From the NCBI GenBank assembly GCA_965222225.1, contig CBDCTK010000002.1, forward strand, positions 1,824,001 through 1,888,000: a DNA stretch of 64,000 bases, read 5' to 3'. Below the pieces are notes generated by a model, which saw only the letters and a program-made list of their open reading frames with translations, had not been told where the DNA came from and made no database searches. This document shows, in pieces, positions 50,239-59,002 of this stretch (its first letter is position 1; the number at the start of each line of letters is the position of its first letter). The translations under genes and the position numbers were made by a program. Source of the DNA: Candidatus Poribacteria bacterium (lineage in GTDB: Bacteria > Poribacteria > WGA-4E > JAJDTR01).

Positions 50239-51678
50239 ATGATTTTTGGCATAGCGAAACGCGAACTTTACGACAACATGATGAGCCTCCGATTCGCGCT
50301 GATTGTGCTGATGATGCTCACAGTAATGGTTGCCAATGCCGTTGTCTCCCTCGGCAAATACAGTGAGCAAATCGGCGATTACCATAGAAATATAGCCGAT
50401 GAACTCAAGGAGATGGAGCTCCACGCAGAGAGTCTTCCCGATTTGGTCTTGTATGGGCCCGGTGAACTCCATAAGCAGCCTTCCGCACTTTCGTTTTGTG
50501 CGAATGGCGGAGAAGCCTTTCTTTCCAATAATGCCGATGGCAGGCCATTGGAACGGTGGTGGGGAAGCTACCCAGTCCGATTCAACGGCATCTGGCGGAT
50601 GACTTATCCTCAAAGCAATCCAAGCCTGTGGGATCTCCTGCCGGATTCTACTCAGATGGATTGGGCATTTCTGATTGGAGTTGTGTTGAGTTTCGCCGCG
50701 ATTCTGTTTACTTTCGACGCCATCTCCGGAGAACGCGCGCGCGGGACGCTACGCTTAATGCTCGCCAATAGTGTTCCACGCCACGTGGTGTTGGGCGGCA
50801 AATTTCTTGGGGCGCTGATAAGCATTGGTCTTCCATTTCTCATGGCAGTGTTGGTCAACCTCTTTCTACTTTATACCTCTGTCAGCATCCAGTTAGGAAC
50901 AAGCGACTGGGCGCGGTTGGGAGTAATCGTTCTGATTGGTTTCGTCTACATAGCCATCTTTATCACACTGGGGCTGCTGATTTCCTCCCGCGCCCGGCAA
51001 TCGTCATCAAGTTTGATGGTTCTCACTTTAATCTGGGTTGTCTGGGTGATTTTGATACCAAACACCGTCGGGTTGGTTGTCAGAAGTCTTAAGCCGGCAA
51101 TGACTAGTGACGAATTTCGCCAACGACGGGAGGAACTGTATCAGCAGGTGACACAAAAATATCTGGATCGGGGGCTGCTTGATGCTGATTTTACCCCGCG
51201 TGAGATTCCGCCTGCAAAGGTCACCTTGTTGTGGGGCGAGTATCACCTAGAAGAATCCCTCGGTGACGAAAGATTGCTTGAGGCACATTTGAGAGCGCAA
51301 ATAGATCAGGTTGTGTTTGCGAGATCGTTGGCACGCGTATCACCCGCAGCTGTCGTCCAGTATGCCATCGAATCCTTGGCGGGAACGGGCTTCTCACGAC
51401 ACCTACAGTTTCTTTCCCAGGTCAAGATTTATGTGTCCGAGTTTCGAGACTTCCTCGTCGAAGTCGACAAAGCGGACGCGGAAAGTCCCCATGCGCTCTT
51501 TTTTCCATATGCGATTTCGTGGAAGCCTGTGCCTATTGACGCCATCCCGAAATTCAAGGACCGCTACAGCTTCGGCGAATCGCTAAATGATGCTACTGTG
51601 GATACGTTGCTGTTGGTACTGGTCTTTGTGGTGTTATCCGTCGCATTATTTCTTTCTTTCCTTCGGGTTGATGTTTAG
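50239..51678 (+). CDS. ABC-2 type transporter permease subunit (paralogue)
   Basis: FTFDAISGERARGTLRLMLANSVPR...GKF motif. Confidence 0.88.
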   Translation: MIFGIAKRELYDNMMSLRFALIVLMMLTVMVANAVVSLGKYSEQIGDYHRNIADELKEMELHAESLPDLVLYGPGELHKQPSALSFCANGGEAFLSNNADGRPLERWWGSYPVRFNGIWRMTYPQSNPSLWDLLPDSTQMDWAFLIGVVLSFAAILFTFDAISGERARGTLRLMLANSVPRHVVLGGKFLGALISIGLPFLMAVLVNLFLLYTSVSIQLGTSDWARLGVIVLIGFVYIAIFITLGLLISSRARQSSSSLMVLTLIWVVWVILIPNTVGLVVRSLKPAMTSDEFRQRREELYQQVTQKYLDRGLLDADFTPREIPPAKVTLLWGEYHLEESLGDERLLEAHLRAQIDQVVFARSLARVSPAAVVQYAIESLAGTGFSRHLQFLSQVKIYVSEFRDFLVEVDKADAESPHALFFPYAISWKPVPIDAIPKFKDRYSFGESLNDATVDTLLLVLVFVVLSVALFLSFLRVDV

Positions 51679-51925
51679 AGCTTGTTTGAGAACGTTGTTT
51701 GCCAACCTTGGGAACTTTCATACTTTTCATACCTTTCATACCCCAATGGAAGTTTTCAATAGAGACAAAAAAAGGGTTATAACCCTTGCTATGACTGGGT
51801 TCTTCGAAGTTTCGACATTAAAACCATCCAAGAGGAGGTATGAAACTGTAGTTGTCACTCGGAACAGATTGAAATCTCAGATTGACACGATTTTCATAGG
51901 AGAAGATGGCTTTTCAAGCAGGCTC
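51678..51925. mobile_element. IS5-like MITE (about 248 bp) flanked by TA
   Basis: Imperfect inverted repeats GAGCTTGTTTGAGAA and TTTTCAAGCAGGCTC, with TA on both sides; inserted at the permease stop codon. Confidence 0.6.
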
Positions 51926-52149
51926 TAAACTTGACCGGATTGGTCAGGTTTTCCACCTTAAATCTCCTTCATTTCTGTCAAAGGATGGGAGTACGTTCAG
52001 ACTAATTTTCTGGTATTCTTGGGTAGGTCAATTTATAATAGATAGCATAGGCTTGTATCCAATATATTATTGACGAGTTTATCCATTTAGATTTTGCTTG
52101 CGCAGTCGTAACTCCAGCTTATTCCAATTTCTGTTACTTAAGGAAGATA

Positions 52150-52776
52150 ATGCAGAACGATTTACGCTACCGAACGATACTACTTTTTGGCCCTCCGGGA
52201 GCTGGAAAAGGCACACAGGGAAAAATTCTCGGATCGATACCCGGTTTCCTTCACGTTGCCTCCGGCGATGTTTTTCGATCGCTCGATCCTACCTCTGAAT
52301 TGGGAAAAATCTTTGCTGACTATTCGTCACGCGGTGCGCTCGTACCCGACGACCTGACGGTTAAGATGTGGGAGGAGCATATGCAAAATCTGACCGAAGA
52401 AGGGACATACAGGCCGGATAGTGCATTATTGATTCTTGATGGCATTCCGCGGAATCTAAACCAAGCACGGCTAATGGATGAACACATTCAGGTTCTCAGC
52501 CTTATCCATTTGGGATGTGAAGACGAGGATGCGATGGTTGACAGGCTAAGTCGGCGGGCGCTTAAAGAGAATCGCGCCGATGATGCCCGCGAAAAGGTCA
52601 TACGACATCGCTTGAAGGTGTATGAACAGGAGACGCAACCTGTAATCGACTACTATTCCGCATCGCTCGTAAACGTGGTTGATGCGCTTGGCACGCCTGC
52701 CGAAGTCCTTCAACACGTTCTCAAGCTGGTTGCTCCGATGCAGCGCTGCTGCTTTCCTGACGGCGTTGAGACGTAG
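52150..52776 (+). CDS. adk: Adenylate kinase family (short, LID-less type)
   Basis: GPPGAGKGTQ, GALVPD, ILDGIPRNLNQA, RADD motifs. Confidence 0.85.
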   Translation: MQNDLRYRTILLFGPPGAGKGTQGKILGSIPGFLHVASGDVFRSLDPTSELGKIFADYSSRGALVPDDLTVKMWEEHMQNLTEEGTYRPDSALLILDGIPRNLNQARLMDEHIQVLSLIHLGCEDEDAMVDRLSRRALKENRADDAREKVIRHRLKVYEQETQPVIDYYSASLVNVVDALGTPAEVLQHVLKLVAPMQRCCFPDGVET

Positions 52777-53010
52777 GCTATGAACCGGACGCTGTGGGGA
52801 ATAACGAAGGATTTCTACAAGAAATCGCGACCGGGAGATCGCTCCTACGAGGACCTACACCCGTGGAGATCACACACAGGTGCTAAGATAATTAGGGGTG
52901 ATGGCGATGCTACACTCCTGTCGCGCCGCGGTTATGAAATCGGCTGGCGGTAGTTTATTGGTTGTCATTGATTAAATTCAGAGGCAGAATAGGTATTCAT
53001 GAGGTGTAGA

Positions 53011-53769
53011 ATGGGTTTGGAAGATAAGGTTTGTATCGTTACGGGAGGTGGAAGCGGCATCGGCCGTGGCGCGGCTCTGCTGATGGCGCATAACGGGGCC
53101 AAAATTGCGCTCGCAGGGCGGACCGTCTCAAAGGTTGAAGTGGTAAGAGACGAGATTGAAGCCGCTGGCGGCTCGGCGCTGGCATTTGGGTTGGATGTCG
53201 CAGATTACGAGGCTGCTCAACAGATGGCAAAAGACGTATTCGCAGCCTTTGGCAGAATTGACGTGCTGGTGAACAACGCCGGACACAGCTCTAAAAACCG
53301 CCGTCTCCTGAACATGACGCCGGAAGAGATTCGTCAAGTCGTTGATTCCAATCTGATTGGTACAATCTTCTGTACTCAAGCGGTAGTACCCTTTATGTTG
53401 GAAGCTAAGAGCGGAACAATTATCAACGTGTCGTCAGTTGCCGCGATACAGCCGGGACCTTTTAGCGGACCGGCGTACGGCGCAGCGAAGGCAGGGGTGA
53501 ATAATTTCACACAGTTTCTCAATGCCGATTTGGTGAATACGGGAGTAAGAGCGAGCGTGATCATGCCGGGAGAGATTGATACACCCATTCTCGATCTGCG
53601 TCCAGTCCCTCCAACGGCTGAAGCCCGTGCAACAATGGCGGATATTGAGGATACTTCGGAACTCATTAACCTCATTGCGAGCCTTCCACAAAGAGCCAAC
53701 ATACCAGAAGTAATAATCAGACCGACAATGCAACGAGACGTTTCGAAGGAAATTCAGTCTGGACCATAA
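53011..53769 (+). CDS. SDR family oxidoreductase
   Basis: TGGGSGIG, NNAG, YGAAK motifs. Confidence 0.93.
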   Translation: MGLEDKVCIVTGGGSGIGRGAALLMAHNGAKIALAGRTVSKVEVVRDEIEAAGGSALAFGLDVADYEAAQQMAKDVFAAFGRIDVLVNNAGHSSKNRRLLNMTPEEIRQVVDSNLIGTIFCTQAVVPFMLEAKSGTIINVSSVAAIQPGPFSGPAYGAAKAGVNNFTQFLNADLVNTGVRASVIMPGEIDTPILDLRPVPPTAEARATMADIEDTSELINLIASLPQRANIPEVIIRPTMQRDVSKEIQSGP

Positions 53770-53907
53770 ATTGGCAATCCGTCCTCTCAGGGTGTGCCGA
53801 ACCAAAGATTCACCTAAGCGTATATGTAGAAGCGATGGGCGGTCGGAGTGAATCCCAAAATTGTGACATTTGAATGTACTTCATTATACCTATTTTAGGG
53901 GACTGAC

Positions 53908-55140
53908 ATGCATGCAGAAATAGTTATGATCGGCAGCGAGCTTCTGCTAGGAGAGCTTGTTGACACGAACGCCAACAAATTGGCAATAGCCCTTCGAAAC
54001 ATCGGGCTAGACTTATACTACAAAACCACCGTTGGTGACAACGAGGGGCGCATTACCGATGTCTTAAACCTTGCTCTGGACCGCTCGGATGTGGTTATCA
54101 CCTCCGGCGGAATTGGACCGACCGTCGACGATGTAACACGCCAAGCTGCGGCAAATGCCACAGGGCGCCGGTTGGTCTACAGCAATGCACTGGAAGTGGA
54201 GATTGCGGAGCGTTTTCGTGGGTTTGGACGAAAAATGGCGGAAAACAACCGACGTCAAGCCTATTTGCCGGAAGGCGCGTTGCCGCTCACGAATCCTGTC
54301 GGTACCGCTCCCTGTTTCTTGAGCGAGGATGTGGGCGGAAGAGGTTGCGTCATCTCGCTGCCCGGTGTGCCGCGGGAACTTTTGCACATGCTGGAAAATA
54401 CGGTAATCCCCCTGTTAGTGGAACGGATTGGTGGAATCAAGGTGACTAGAATCCGAGTTTTGCGCACCTGTGCAGTGGGTGAAAGCAACATTGATCGGGG
54501 AATCGGCGATCTCATGACTGGAGGCAATCCTACCGTCGGGTTGGCGGCACATTCGGGCCAGACCGATGTGCGAATCGCAGCCAAAGCAGACACTGAGGAA
54601 GAGGCGGACGCGCTGATCGATGGGATGGAAACTGAACTTCGGAAACGTTTGGGTATCGCTATTTACGGCGTGGGCAAAGAAACGGTGGCCGACGTAGTAG
54701 GCAGTCTATTAGCCAAATGCTCCCTAAAACTCGGCATAGCAGATACGCTTACAGATGGCCAGGTTGCCAGGGATTTGACTGAGGCAGGTTACGGGGAATT
54801 GATTGCCACGGATTCTTGGTCAAGGGATTTGACCGAAGTATTAAAGTCCGCCGGTCTGCCTGCCAATCCGGCGAAAACGGACAAGCGATCATTAGCAGAC
54901 TCCCTTGCTAAAAGCGTGAGACCATCTGATGCTGATGGAGTCGGTCTGGTGATGCTGGGTCCCTTTGAAGACAACTCGACCTGTGTCTTCCTGCATGGTC
55001 CAGGCGATATGTGTTTATTCAAAAATGGCCGCCATTATCAAGCCACAGCCCATGTTAACCGATGGTTGGTCATCCAAGGGTTGGACTGGATTCGCCGTGC
55101 AGTGCTGGGGACGTTGGAATCGCCGGTGGACTGGAATTAA
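53908..55140 (+). CDS. cinA: CinA family protein with degenerate PncC domain
   Basis: IGSELLLG..VDTN, GGIGPTVDDVT, NPVGTAP, LPGVPRE motifs. Confidence 0.9.
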   Translation: MHAEIVMIGSELLLGELVDTNANKLAIALRNIGLDLYYKTTVGDNEGRITDVLNLALDRSDVVITSGGIGPTVDDVTRQAAANATGRRLVYSNALEVEIAERFRGFGRKMAENNRRQAYLPEGALPLTNPVGTAPCFLSEDVGGRGCVISLPGVPRELLHMLENTVIPLLVERIGGIKVTRIRVLRTCAVGESNIDRGIGDLMTGGNPTVGLAAHSGQTDVRIAAKADTEEEADALIDGMETELRKRLGIAIYGVGKETVADVVGSLLAKCSLKLGIADTLTDGQVARDLTEAGYGELIATDSWSRDLTEVLKSAGLPANPAKTDKRSLADSLAKSVRPSDADGVGLVMLGPFEDNSTCVFLHGPGDMCLFKNGRHYQATAHVNRWLVIQGLDWIRRAVLGTLESPVDWN

Positions 55141-55358
55141 CCACCCTTGCGTATCAGGACGGACAAATCCATCGGTAGCAGGTGAGCACTAACGTTACGA
55201 CTTCTAGTCGGTCGAGCCAGAGGCAAACCGGAAGCTTGTCCTGACCAGAGTTTAAGGAAACCGAAGACCAAGATAAAGAAATTCGTGCTGTCTCGCCCTC
55301 ACTTCTACTTTTATTCTGTTTGGACTTACACAGCAACAGGAGGTCGCTACGGTAAGCA

Positions 55359-55396
55359 GGATCAACCGAGCGGATAGTGAGGGCGATAGAGATCTT
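55359..55396 (-). repeat. Single 38-nt micro-element in a REP hairpin loop
   Basis: Reverse complement AAGATCTCTATCGCCCTCACTATCCGCTCGGTTGATCC, between GGTAAGCA and TGCCCTACC. Confidence 0.85.
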
Positions 55397-55433
55397 CTTG
55401 CCCTACCGCGCATCGGCGGTCGCGACCGGAGGC

Positions 55434-55536
55434 GATCTCTATGGGAACTCTATCGCAGCAGGCTCTCTATCGCACTCCTTATTCAGTCGCTTGATCTATT
55501 CGTTCCCTCGATCACTCGCTATCCACTCGTTTGTTC
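55434..55536 (+). repeat. Triple-nested cluster of the 38-nt micro-element
   Basis: GATCTCTAT|GGGAACTCTATCGCAGCA|GGCTCTCTATCGCACTCCTTATTCAGTCGCTTGATC|TATTCGTTCCCTCGATC|ACTCGCTATCCACTCGTTTGTTC, inside CGCGACCGGAGG...GCTCCTACA. Confidence 0.85.
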
Positions 55537-55662
55537 GCTCCTACAGGATTGTGGCCTCGAAACACGAAATAAACTCCGCGAATTTTTAGATGTTCAATTG
55601 CGAAAGTCCTATCTGTTTTTCTCCCCACTCATGTACCTTCCCTTGTCCAAGTCAATAAGAAC

Positions 55663-56945
55663 CTGAGGTTTCCAAAAGAATGAGAAAAGCTTGACACCTC
55701 TGGGATAAAGCGTTACCCTTGGATGAAAATGCTCCCGGAGGATGGCTACGATGCTAGAAAGGTTGAACGAATCGCTTCGATTTTAACGGTGGCTTCTGTA
55801 TAGCAAGTTCCGCGACAATCGGGAGGAAGCAATAGAAATTCTGTTGGTGTTGGTGGTAGGACATGTTTTCGGCTACTATACGCCCCACCAATTGGCCCAG
55901 AGATTGGATATACCCAAGAGTCAACTGTACGAAGAATTGAAGTTTTGGAGTATCTATCAATGGAGACGTCAGTTGATGGTGATGGGGAGTGAATTGGCTG
56001 TTGAGCTTTTGCAGGAACTTGAAGGCAAGAGTGCCTCGACGCACTCTCGTATGCGTGTGACTATTGGCGTCGACGACACAGTGATAGACCGTTTGGGTCG
56101 AGTCTTGTCGATGACATATTCGTGGTGGAGTGGTCGTGCCAAGAAGGTGGTTCGTGGTCAGAATATTCTTGGTATCACCATCAAGATTGGGTGCATGGTC
56201 GTTCCCTTGGTAGTACGCCCTGTCGGCAAACAAGGACGCGCTAACACTTCCAAGCCAGAAGTTTTTGAGACCATTGTGGCTCAAGTCATCGCCTTTTTCA
56301 AAACATAAGGGATTGACTTGACCGAGTATCCTATCAGTTTCGACACGTGGTATGGCTCCGAAGAATTGGTGACTTTGCTGACCGACAAAGGTTTCGACCA
56401 GATTGCCATTCATGCCAAGAGCCGCTATGTATTCACCATTGGGCAAAGTCATCTGCCATTGAGTGAACATAAGCGTCAAATCGAATTGATAGAAGGTCAA
56501 TGGGGGTGTGGAAACACACCGGTCGCACGTTGCCAAGCCCAGAGTCCAACCTTCGGGAAACTGATATTGTTGCTGTTTCGACAAGGAGGGCAGCTCAAGG
56601 CCGTTATGATGTTTGGTCGGAAGTTGCGAGCATGTGAGATACTGGCCATCTGGCAGCAACATCATGGCATCGAGCAGTTCTGGCGTGCTCTCAAGACCGT
56701 CTTGCAGATTCGTCAAATGAGATTGCGTGGCAGACAGGGCGTCTATGCCACTTTGGCAATCAAGGTCATCGCCTATCTGCTGATGCTGAGAATCGGGTAC
56801 TACTCTCATTTTACACGCCAGCAAATCCAAATGGAAGTCAGTAAACAACTGGACATTCAACACTTCTTCAATGAGCATTTTCATCCCAACGATGCGGCTA
56901 TACCAGCATGAACACTATAAGAAACAAGTCTCATGGAAACGTCAG
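55663..56945 (+). mobile_element. IS701/IS4-like DDE insertion sequence with inactivated transposase (about 55751-56911)
   Basis: Inverted repeats CTGAGGTTTCCA and TGGAAACGTCAG. DDE motifs GVDDT, FDTWY, HGIEQFWR; in-frame TAA at 55784 and 56306. Confidence 0.8.
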
Positions 56946-56986
56946 TTAGTAATTCGATGGAAGCACTTGCGGGGCACTGGATATAT

Positions 56987-57984
56987 TAACCAATGGTGCT
57001 AGTTTGAAATTTGGAGGTTAATAAGCATAACATTCCCTTTTGGCTTTGCTTTAACGCGAAAGGTATCAGGGCATGAGACGATTTCCTCGATTCTTCCGTT
57101 AATTTGAGTATCGGTAGCTATCAAATAACGGGAGGAAATCTAGACTCATGACCATAGTAGATTTTATCACAGAACTGTTTTGTCGTGTTGATGATAAACT
57201 CTCACAGCACGGTAAAAACCATAAGCATAGCCAAGCCAAACTTTATCCGTCTGAAGTGGTTACCATTGCCATGCTCTTTGCGCTCAAGGGTGTGGGTAAT
57301 CGAGCCTCCTATCGCTGGATAGCGAACAATTTCAAATCCTTATTTCCGATGTTACCCGAGCGTACCCGATTGTTCCGCTTATTCGACGGGCATCAACATC
57401 TCATTGACGTTTTTATGGCGAATCCTTCGCTTATCGGTGGAATTGACACGTACGGTATTGAATTGATTCACCCGCGCCGAGAAGGGCGCTCTAAACGTCA
57501 AATCGGACGCAAAGGCATTTCCAACCAACGATGGATTGTAGGTGGAAAACTTTGCTTGCTACACAATCATCTCGGACTGATTGTCAACTGGGACTGCGAC
57601 ACTGCCAATGTACATGATGGGAGTGCCTTCCAACATCTCGTTGATGGGGTCAGTGACCAGATGGTTGTTTTTGCCGATGTAAATTTCGCCAAAGCGGATT
57701 GGTTCCCTTCCAACTTGCGTCTGTGCCGACGTGGCGAGTGGAATTCTCGGATGCTGTGAGTGGAATTCTCGGATGCTGGTAGAAACGATTTTGTCCATGT
57801 TGACGCTAGTGTGCCATTTTAAGAAAGTCATGCACCGTCGTTGGAGTTACTTCAAAACGCGAGTCGGCTTTACAATGGCTTTGGTCAATCTCTTGGTACA
57901 GTGGAATGGATTGTCGATTGACGACGATGGCTTTGTGCCTCTGTCAATAGCTCAATTCAGTCTCTAAACTAGCACCAAAGGTTA
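56987..57984 (+). mobile_element. IS982-family insertion sequence; transposase 57148-57967 frameshifted by a tandem duplication
   Basis: 17/19 inverted repeats TAACCAATGGTGCTAGTTT and AAACTAGCACCAAAGGTTA. KLYPSEVVT, ERTRLFR, GGKL, TANVHD, RMLVET motifs; 21-nt repeat at 57736 and 57758. Confidence 0.88.
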
Positions 57985-58009
57985 TTACTGCCCCAAGACA
58001 TAGACCGGT

Positions 58010-58609
58010 ATGGTACGTCAGGGGCTTGAACAGTTTGGACACATTGACATCCTGGTGAACAGCGTGGGGTCACGCCCAGAACGTGACCGTGTGCCCATGG
58101 TTGAGTTGGAAGAAGATGCATGGGATAAAGAATTCAACATCAACACCAAGGGGAATTTCCTCTGCTGCAGAACGGTTGCCAGGCACATGATAGACCGTGG
58201 CGGCGGGGGAAAAATCATCAACATTGCCTCTACGTCAGGTAGACATGCTAGACCCCGTTTTGCTGCCTACTGCGTCTCTAAGGCCGCGCTGCTTATTTTT
58301 ACGCAGTGTCTCGCATGCGAGTTAGGGGCTTACCACATCAACGTCAACGCTATCTCCCCAACCGCCGTGGATTCAGAACGGACAGGCGATATAGCAGCCG
58401 CGATGCCGTCGGAGCTTGTGTCACCAGAAACCTGGAGGACGAGCAAGAGGCGTGAGGAATTTATCAACAACCGGGTTGCGATGACTCCCTTAGGACGAGT
58501 TGCGGACGGATCTGATGTTGCCAGGACAGCGGCATTTCTCGCTTCGTCCGAGTCGGATTACCTCACAGGCATCGCCATTAGTGTCACCGGCGGTTCTGAA
58601 TTGGACTGA
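58010..58609 (+). pseudogene. SDR oxidoreductase lacking its N-terminal TGxxxGIG region (truncated by the adjacent IS)
   Basis: Starts at FGHIDILVN with YCVSK motif; upstream DNA is the IS982 end. Confidence 0.8.
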
Positions 58610-58953
58610 TGCCGATGAACGGTGCGGAGCTGCTCGAACGGCTGGGTAATACCATGGGTAATACCAATTGAAGTTTGAAATGAGACTTTTATCACCCCCA
58701 TCCCAACCTTCCCCCATCAAGGAGGAAGGCGCACCAATTCCCGTCTCCCCTGGTGGTTTAGAAGCGGATGAATCGGTTGTTGAGGAATGCCTACACGATC
58801 AACAGGAACGGAATCTACGCAAACAAGCTAAATGAAAAAGCAGGATAGCAAATCACCTAGGCGTGAAAGCCCATTGAGTAACTTGCCCCCTGCTTTTCTA
58901 AACTGCAGAAGTCCCCACACAGTATGCAGGAACGAAGATTAAGTTGTGTGATA

Positions 58954-58993
58954 TGTGAAACACAGGCACAAATACCTGGCTTGTGTTTCATGC
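58954..58993 (-). terminator. Stem-loop downstream of the secreted protein gene
   Basis: TGAAACACAGGC...GCTTGTGTTTCA inverted repeat about 10 nt after the stop. Confidence 0.5.
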
Positions 58994-59002
58994 ATTGTAG
59001 AA

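Larger units (their letters stand above)
55322..55609. mobile_element. MITE-like element with GGACTT(A/T)C(A/G)CA ends carrying REP hairpins
   Basis: GGACTTACACA at 55322 and TGCGAAAGTCC at 55599-55609; a related lone end occurs at about 48510. Confidence 0.5.

Noticed and set aside
48583-51678. Paired ABC-2 permeases without an ATPase as a novel system
   Set aside because: Tandem permease paralogues using an ATPase encoded elsewhere are common.
55434-55536. The 38-nt units as sequencing adapter remnants (partial likeness to Ion/SOLiD P1 CTCTATGGGCAGTCGGTGAT and TruSeq GAACTCCAGTCAC)
   Set aside because: The similarity is only patchy, every copy differs, and no intact gene is hit. Disfavoured but not fully excluded without reads.
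55754-56884. 376-aa open antisense ORF across the IS701-like transposase
   Set aside because: No recognisable motifs, and it is codon-aligned with the transposase, so most likely a shadow frame.
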